From Candidatus Saccharimonadota bacterium (GTDB taxonomy: Bacteria; Patescibacteriota; Saccharimonadia; Saccharimonadales; JACOTW01): a stretch of 64,000 nucleotides of DNA. Where the stretch lies: contig JACOTW010000001.1 of assembly GCA_016178135.1 (NCBI GenBank), positions 228 to 64,227 on the forward strand, in the 5' to 3' direction. The number at the start of each line of letters is the position of its first letter. Within the stretch, counting starts at the first letter, position 1. The notes beneath the pieces are model-generated. The model was not told where the DNA came from. It saw only the letters and a program-made list of their open reading frames with translations, and did no database searches. Shown one piece after another: positions 58,148 to 64,000 of the stretch. A program made the position numbers and the translations under genes.

Positions 58148-59188
58148 TTAGGCTTCAGCAAGAGCGTATGTGGCTTTGGCGACGCGCTTGAATTGGGGTT
58201 TGCCCTGCAAGTTCAGTAGAATTGTGGTTTCTTTAACGTGGCGGCTTTTTAGGACCTGCTTAACGATTTCATCGCGGTGCAAAGGCTTGTTGGCGTTTTT
58301 TAGGACTTCTACAATAACATCAGACACGGTTCCTTTATCGTATCCCCATTCTTTTAGAGCGTATATACCGCGACCAATCAGCACAAATCGCTTGTCTTTG
58401 ATAAGTTCATTATGGATAGCTTGAGTGGTGACATCTTTGCGCTTAAAACTAGAATCTTTTATGGCCTCGGCAATTTCGTTGAAATGCATGTGTTTTCCTT
58501 GCTCGTGCAAAATGACATAAATTTTATCACGAATATTTTTTGGATTGACCATAGGCCATTTTATGAGTCCCCAGCGTTTGTTGAGATTAGCCAGATGTTT
58601 TGATGTGCTAGCTAGCGCTGCTGTATGTTCAGTATCATTATGGCCAACGGCTTCTGCTACTTTCTCTATGTAAGCCGGTTCTCCGAGTTTTTCTATAGCG
58701 GCGATAATTTTATCTACCATATCTTTAATACTTTTTTCACCGTTATTTTTATTAATGGAAATTGCCTGATGATAGTGATCATTATCCTCAATAACCACTA
58801 GGTCGGGGCAAAGTTGAGCGAGAAAAGATATCCTAGATTGTACTAAACGGTTGTTTTCGGTAGATAAATGACTAGCCAAGTTTGTTACTCGAGCCACTTT
58901 TCCCATTTTTTCAATTTCTTTAATAAATAACTCTTGTACCTCTGTAATGTGAGGGATATTCCCTTGTTCTGCTTGGGCTTTCAGTTTTGTTATAACTGCT
59001 TTTTCGAGCTGGCGGACACGTTCACGGGTGATGCCTAAGAGCTCCCCTATTTGCTCGAGGGTTTCCTTGCGATCAAACAGACCAAAGCGACGTGAAATAA
59101 TTTCCCGTTCCCGTTCCTGGTCGATGGTATTTAATACGTCGGTTACAACCTTTGTAATGTTGAGGTTTGTAGTGTTATCTGTAGTCAT
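58148..59188 (-). CDS. sigma-70 region 4 HTH fused to HARE-HTH/RNAP-delta-like winged helices
   Basis: RRFGL..ETLEQIGELLGITRERVRQLE; HFNEIA..QAIHNELIKDKRFVLIGRGIYALKEWG. Confidence 0.85.
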   Translation of the reverse strand: MTTDNTTNLNITKVVTDVLNTIDQEREREIISRRFGLFDRKETLEQIGELLGITRERVRQLEKAVITKLKAQAEQGNIPHITEVQELFIKEIEKMGKVARVTNLASHLSTENNRLVQSRISFLAQLCPDLVVIEDNDHYHQAISINKNNGEKSIKDMVDKIIAAIEKLGEPAYIEKVAEAVGHNDTEHTAALASTSKHLANLNKRWGLIKWPMVNPKNIRDKIYVILHEQGKHMHFNEIAEAIKDSSFKRKDVTTQAIHNELIKDKRFVLIGRGIYALKEWGYDKGTVSDVIVEVLKNANKPLHRDEIVKQVLKSRHVKETTILLNLQGKPQFKRVAKATYALAEA

Positions 59189-59381
59189 AATATTTTACTT
59201 TCCTATCTGTTAGTACAGAAGGATTTGTATTATTGTATAACAATAATTTTTAAAAGTCAATCCCTCTTTCAATCTATCGAATGTATGTATTGTAGCATGA
59301 AATAGACATTAATACCCCTAAATGCGATGGTAATATTACTACAAAACACCCTTGCTATGAGGGCAAATTGTGGAAAACCCT

Positions 59382-61670
59382 TTATTTTTTTGTGCGACGA
59401 ACGAAACGTTTTTTGCTTTTTGAGGGAGCTTTTTCTAGCATGGTTTTGGCCTCTGCCTCTGTTAATTTGGTAGGGTCTATGGTTTTATCCAGACGAGCAT
59501 TTTTTTTGCCGTCTGTTATGTAGGGACCGTAAGGACCGTTTACTATATTGATGCCACTCGTAAACCGTTGTATGTACTTATTGGCTTCTTGTTGGAGTTT
59601 TTCATCGTATAATTCCAGAGCTTCTTCCAGCGAGATTTTCATCGGATTATGAGGCTTAATTGATATAAATAGTTTATCGATTACAATATATGGGCCAAAT
59701 CTACCGATGTTGGCTTTTATATCTTTGCCGTCTTTAGTCTGTCCTACTAGCCTAGGTAACTTAAACATTTCGAGTGCTTGCTCAAGAGTAACGTCTTCAA
59801 TAGTCGCGCCATCTGGCATTGCGGCGAAGTCTGGTTTTTCTTCTGATTCGGTTTCGCCACGTTGTAGCATAGGACCATAGCGACCATAACGCGCCATAAT
59901 TGGTTTTTTGGAAGAAGGGTCGTTGCCTAGATGGCGGGTTTGGGTGCTTTCTTCTCTGGAGACATTTTCAGATTCTTTTACCAAAGGATGAAAATCATTA
60001 TAAAATTTTTTGATCATTCCTTGCCACTGTATTGTGCCTTCAGCGATTTCATCAAAACTTCTCTCCACGGTGGCAGTAAAATCATAATCGATCACGCCAC
60101 CAAAGTTTTTAACTAAAAAGTCTGTGGTAACATCTGCCAGGGGTGTAGGTATAAGCTTGCCTTTGTCGGCACCAAAATTTTGGGTCTCTTGGCTAGATTT
60201 AATTGTTTGATCTGTAGTGCGTAAGTCCAGAACGGTGATTTTGCGTTGTTCGCCCTCTAAATCAGCACGCTCAACATAACCACGAGCCTGAATGGTAGAT
60301 ATTGTTGGAGCATAAGTGCTAGGGCGTCCAATACCGAGTTCTTCGAGTTTACGAACTAAGCTGGCTTCAGAATAACGAGCTGGCGGCTTGTTGAAGGTTT
60401 CTGTGGCTTGAATTAGGTCATATGTGAGTTCTTGACCACTCTGTAGATTAGGCAAGATTACATCATCTTTTCCGCCACCGTATACTTTTAGAAAGCCGTC
60501 AAATCTTAATACTTCACCCTTGGCTTCAAATGTTTCCTGGCGATTGGAGATGTTGATAATAACATCCGTTCGATCTAATTCTGCGGCTGCCATTTGACTA
60601 GCCAAAGCCCGACGCCAAATAAGAGCATAGAGCTTTTTTTGTTGATCATCGGAGCCAGCTGATTGTTGGCTAAAATTAGTTGGTCGAATTGCTTCATGTG
60701 CTTCCTGGGCACTACTGTTTTTTGTTTTGTATTGGCGTATTTTATGGTATTTTGGACCATATTCTTTTTGAATAAAGTCTTCGGCAGCCTTAATGGCCTG
60801 ACCGCTCAAAATAGTACTGTCGGTACGCATATAAGTGATGTTACCGCTTTCATAAAGTTTTTGGGCAAGAGTCATGGTTTGTTTGACGCTAAAGCCAAGT
60901 TTACGTGATGCTTCTTGCTGTAAGGTGCTGGTTGTAAATGGCGCTGACGGGTTACGTATTCCTGGTTTTTGGTCGATACTTGCTATTTTGAATATAGCTA
61001 TTTTGCAGTCTTCAAGGAATTTTTCAGCCTCTTTTAAGTTGTCCATGCGTTTAGAAAGTTCTGCCGATAGGCTACCTGCTATAAATTGGGCCGTAATTTT
61101 GTAGTTTGATTTACTGGCGTGGTTTTTGATTTGACGTTCACGTTCAACGATTAAGCGTACGGCAACTGATTGTACGCGACCGGCACTTAGACCAGGACGA
61201 ACCTTTTTCCATAGGACGGGGCTTAGTTCGTATCCCACCAAGCGATCTAGAATACGACGGGCTTGCTGGGCATCAACTAGTTTTATATCGACTGTTCGCG
61301 GTTTTTTAATAGCTGTTTCGATGGCTGTTTTGGTGATCTCATGAAAAACAATACGTTTGGTTTGCTCGGGCTTAATACCAAGAGCGCTACAAAGATGCCA
61401 AGCAATGGCTTCTCCTTCGCGGTCTTCATCGGATGCTAACCAGACTTCTTTGTCCTTGGCGGCGGTCTTTAGTTCTCGCACAACTTTCTTTTTATCGGCG
61501 AGAATGTCATAGGTCGGAGCAAAGTTATTTTCTACATCAATGTTAAGGCCTTTTTTTGGTAAATCTCTAATATGACCAAAACTGCTTTTGACCATAAAAT
61601 CTTTACCCAGATATTTTTGTATAGTCTTGGCCTTAGCCGGAGACTCAACAATAACTAAATTTTTCGTCAT
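59382..61670 (-). CDS. topA: DNA topoisomerase I
   Basis: LVIVESPAKAKTI, DEDREGE, SAGRVQS, ITYMRTDS, GIGRPSTY. Confidence 0.98.
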   Translation of the reverse strand: MTKNLVIVESPAKAKTIQKYLGKDFMVKSSFGHIRDLPKKGLNIDVENNFAPTYDILADKKKVVRELKTAAKDKEVWLASDEDREGEAIAWHLCSALGIKPEQTKRIVFHEITKTAIETAIKKPRTVDIKLVDAQQARRILDRLVGYELSPVLWKKVRPGLSAGRVQSVAVRLIVERERQIKNHASKSNYKITAQFIAGSLSAELSKRMDNLKEAEKFLEDCKIAIFKIASIDQKPGIRNPSAPFTTSTLQQEASRKLGFSVKQTMTLAQKLYESGNITYMRTDSTILSGQAIKAAEDFIQKEYGPKYHKIRQYKTKNSSAQEAHEAIRPTNFSQQSAGSDDQQKKLYALIWRRALASQMAAAELDRTDVIINISNRQETFEAKGEVLRFDGFLKVYGGGKDDVILPNLQSGQELTYDLIQATETFNKPPARYSEASLVRKLEELGIGRPSTYAPTISTIQARGYVERADLEGEQRKITVLDLRTTDQTIKSSQETQNFGADKGKLIPTPLADVTTDFLVKNFGGVIDYDFTATVERSFDEIAEGTIQWQGMIKKFYNDFHPLVKESENVSREESTQTRHLGNDPSSKKPIMARYGRYGPMLQRGETESEEKPDFAAMPDGATIEDVTLEQALEMFKLPRLVGQTKDGKDIKANIGRFGPYIVIDKLFISIKPHNPMKISLEEALELYDEKLQQEANKYIQRFTSGINIVNGPYGPYITDGKKNARLDKTIDPTKLTEAEAKTMLEKAPSKSKKRFVRRTKK

Positions 61671-61692
61671 ATCGCCTAAGTATACACTCTAC

Positions 61693-61737
61693 TGGACTTA
61701 CGCAAAATCACTCGTTTCCAGACCGAATCAGCTTCAG
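61693..61737 (-). mobile_element. family A end fragment
   Basis: CTGGACTTACGCAAAATCACTCGTTTCCAG..GAATCAGCT. Confidence 0.7.
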
Positions 61738-61738
61738 T

Positions 61739-61909
61739 CTAGTCACTGACTATCTTATAGCCAACCCAAATACCGGCAATAGCACCTATAGTACCTAGTA
61801 ATATTCCCCAAAGACCAAAAAAATTACCGTGATCCAGTAAGCTTCCCAGCCAGCTACCAACGCTGGAGCCAACAAAAACCCCCAGATAGATCATAAATTT
61901 ATCGCTCAT
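61739..61909 (-). CDS. small glycine-rich two-TM protein
   Basis: MSDKFMIYLGVFVGSSVGSWLG..GILLGTIGAIAGIWVGYK; TATACT 7 nt upstream. Confidence 0.75.
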   Translation of the reverse strand: MSDKFMIYLGVFVGSSVGSWLGSLLDHGNFFGLWGILLGTIGAIAGIWVGYKIVSD

Positions 61910-61973
61910 AACCATAAGTATACTGGACCTATAGTAAAATCCCTTGAGAGTATACAACACAGTTCGAACTAGA

Positions 61974-62295
61974 CTGGACCTGTCGCAAAGCTCCCCCATC
62001 CCCAGACCAATTCATCTTGGCTGGTAGCGGTCTGTCTTCTGTCGATGTAGCTATGGCTACCTCTCCTTCAGCCAAACCACTCCCAACTCGAGCTGATTAA
62101 CTGGACTTACCCAAAACTCCTCCATCCCCAGATCGAATTCTATCGGCTACAAACGGTTTTTCTTCTCTCAATGTAGCTATGGCTACCTCTCCTTCAGACA
62201 AAACAGTTTTCGCTCGAGATAATTCACTCTGGGAACGGACGATTTTGGGTAAGTCCAGTTTAGCCTGGGAACGGGCGATTTTGCGACAGGTCCAG
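61974..62295 (+). mobile_element. family A element with a second complete A (62101-62258) nested inside
   Basis: outer TIR CTGGACCTGTCGCAAA, inner TIR CTGGACTTACCCAAAA; inner flanks TTAA/TTTA. Confidence 0.95.
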
Positions 62296-62473
62296 TATAA
62301 AGACCTCTTGTTTGCGACGTCAGGTGCCAACCAGAGCATGTCGTACAGCGATAAACGCGGATCGGTTTTTTTAATCTTCTCAAGGGGTTAATTTTTTTTA
62401 GAGTTGCTTGAGCGGCCACATCGCTAGTGAAGCGTACTTTCTGTTTGCAGACATTTCTAGAGTTATTATTCAT
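62183..62473 (-). CDS. small putative zinc-binding protein, C-terminus read into element A
   Basis: CKQKVRF..RVYRCTTCSGWHLTS; directly downstream of dprA. Confidence 0.6.
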   Translation of the reverse strand: MNNNSRNVCKQKVRFTSDVAAQATLKKINPLRRLKKPIRVYRCTTCSGWHLTSQTRGLYTGPVAKSPVPRLNWTYPKSSVPRVNYLERKLFCLKER

Positions 62474-62475
62474 AA

Positions 62476-63333
62476 TTAGCGTAATTGCCAGTGACCGGCC
62501 CCAAGTGGCATAATTTTGCCAGTTATTTCTAGCATGGTTAGTGTTTGATTGAAAATGACGATGTTTAAAGCACTCAAAGCAAGAATTTCGTTACTATCGG
62601 TGATCCCCTGCTTCATGAGATCCAAAATAACCGATTCTTCTTTATTGGCGGCAAATAATTCGGTAGATAGAGGTGATATATCGATATCTAGAGCGTGCAT
62701 AATATCACGAAATTCAGTTACTGGAATGGCTCCAGACTTGATTAGATTATTGGTGCCAGCACTAAGTGGACTGGTGATATTACCTGGTACAGCCATTACC
62801 GACTTCCCTTGTTCAAGTGCAAAGTTTGCGGTGTGCAGGGTGCCACTTTTGACCGCGGCTTCAGTTATGAGTACGCCATCAGATAGTCCGGATACTAATC
62901 GATTCCTTGTGATGAATGAAAATCTTAATGGCGGTGATCCAGCTGAATGTTCGCTGATCAATACTCCCCCACTTTTTAATATACGCTTAGCAAGCTGAAC
63001 GTGGTTCTTAGGGTAAATTTCCGTAACGTGAGATGGCAGAACCGCAATGGTTATGCCATCTGCGTCCAGGGTAGCTTGGTGAGCAAGTGCGTCAACGCCA
63101 AAAGCCAGCCCACTGATAACTACTACTCCCCTACTCGCCACTTCATATACCAACTGGTTGGTGATTTGTTTACCGTACGGTGATACTTTGCGACTGCCAA
63201 CAACGGCTAGCCGTGGCATTTTCAGCAACGGAGCTAAGTCGCCCAGAACATACAGCTCTGATGGCGGACTGGGAATTGTTCGCAATATTTCAGGGAAATT
63301 ACTCTGGTTGTATCTAATTTTTTTGACTATCAT
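62476..63333 (-). CDS. dprA: DNA-processing protein DprA
   Basis: AVVGSR, ISGLAFGVD, RNRLVSGLS, EAAVKSGTL.TA. Confidence 0.96.
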   Translation of the reverse strand: MIVKKIRYNQSNFPEILRTIPSPPSELYVLGDLAPLLKMPRLAVVGSRKVSPYGKQITNQLVYEVASRGVVVISGLAFGVDALAHQATLDADGITIAVLPSHVTEIYPKNHVQLAKRILKSGGVLISEHSAGSPPLRFSFITRNRLVSGLSDGVLITEAAVKSGTLHTANFALEQGKSVMAVPGNITSPLSAGTNNLIKSGAIPVTEFRDIMHALDIDISPLSTELFAANKEESVILDLMKQGITDSNEILALSALNIVIFNQTLTMLEITGKIMPLGAGHWQLR

Positions 63334-63595
63334 GCTAAAAAGTATTGACATTTATAATAATTTTGCTAAAATGGCAATTTGTAAGTTCCGCATAAGCGGA
63401 TTTACGTACCTTACACCCTATTCTAACAAATTTGTTAGATTGTTTTAGAGCTAGAACCTATCTTATGGACTATATTAAAATGATCTGTCAGATAGGTTCT
63501 GTGGATAAAGTTGTTACCCTCCACTTTTTCTTTTTCGCCATAAGGCGGAGGCTCTAAAACAAACTAATCCCTTTAACTAATTCTCTTGTCTATTT

Positions 63596-63641
63596 CATGA
63601 GTTTCGCACTTTTCCATCAACGGCTAAATGTGAAACTCATG
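63596..63641 (+). mobile_element. minimal 46-bp family C derivative
   Basis: CATGAGTTTCGCAC..GTGAAACTCATG with TATTT duplicated. Confidence 0.8.
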
Positions 63642-63873
63642 TATTTTTAGATAAGAGTCCCGAATCAAGGCGAGTTTCCACGATTCCACCTGTCAATTGA
63701 CAAGTGGAGGCACATGTCTTTATGGAGTTTTGGACTATGATGCTTCGCCCCGGGTGGGTTGAAGGGTGTTTCTCTGGCGCGTCCATTTTTTTACGAAATT
63801 CGTAGCAAAAATGGAGGTGCCAAAAAATCGGCCTACAGCGGTGCCCACCCCCTCTGTAGGTCGTTTTTTTGTA

Positions 63874-64000
63874 CACGCATTTCGCACTTTTCCATCGCCC
63901 CAGATGACACCTGACAGGCTCTACTGGACCTGTCGCAAAACTCCTCTATCCCCAGATCGAATTCTATCGGCTACTCTTCGAGTCTGAGCCTGAGGGCTCA
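63874..64000 (+). mobile_element. nested C containing A (from 63924) containing B (from 63975), cut by the window edge
   Basis: CACGCATTTCGCACTTTTCC; CTGGACCTGTCGCAAA; TCTTCGAGTCTGAGCCTGAGGGCTCA. Confidence 0.88.

Noticed and set aside
63637..63987. Short ORFs at the window end
   Set aside because: They overlap element sequence and have no recognisable family.
3494..64000. Dispersed repeats as a CRISPR array
   Set aside because: Copies are scattered ~160-bp TIR elements with target duplications; there is no repeat-spacer periodicity and no cas operon.

Overview
A 64 kb stretch of chromosome from a small-genome bacterium, most likely Patescibacteria/Saccharibacteria. This is inferred from gene content and protein style; TGA acts as a stop, so code 11. 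The backbone is housekeeping: frr-uppS-rseP, proS, greA-lysS, serS-hpf-secA-prfB, ftsEX-CHAP-ctpA, pyrG, rpmA, xseAB, recO-glyQS, typA, a reduced dcw cluster (mraZ to ftsQ-like), topA and dprA. By my hand tally about 4.5-5 kb is made of non-autonomous ~160-bp palindromic MITE-like elements from at least six families (here A, C, D, E, F, G), plus a 41-bp hairpin insert (B). No transposase is present in the window. The families have different interiors and terminal inverted repeats (TIRs), yet five share a covarying RTAnC-N4-GnTAY hairpin centred ~80 bp from the left end. They nest inside each other up to three deep, sit on the TATA of -10 boxes or on stop codons, and have entered coding sequences (msrA, xseB, a FemABX gene, a CPBP protease, probably topA). 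Other notable points: an orphan PafA/Dop (Pup-ligase) homolog with no pup or proteasome genes in the window; a divergent heliorhodopsin; a His-less kinase paired with an Asp-to-Glu receiver; a poly-G tract in the promoter spacer of a fibre-like SGNH hydrolase; and pervasive leaderless gene starts. All calls are by eye, with no database search.
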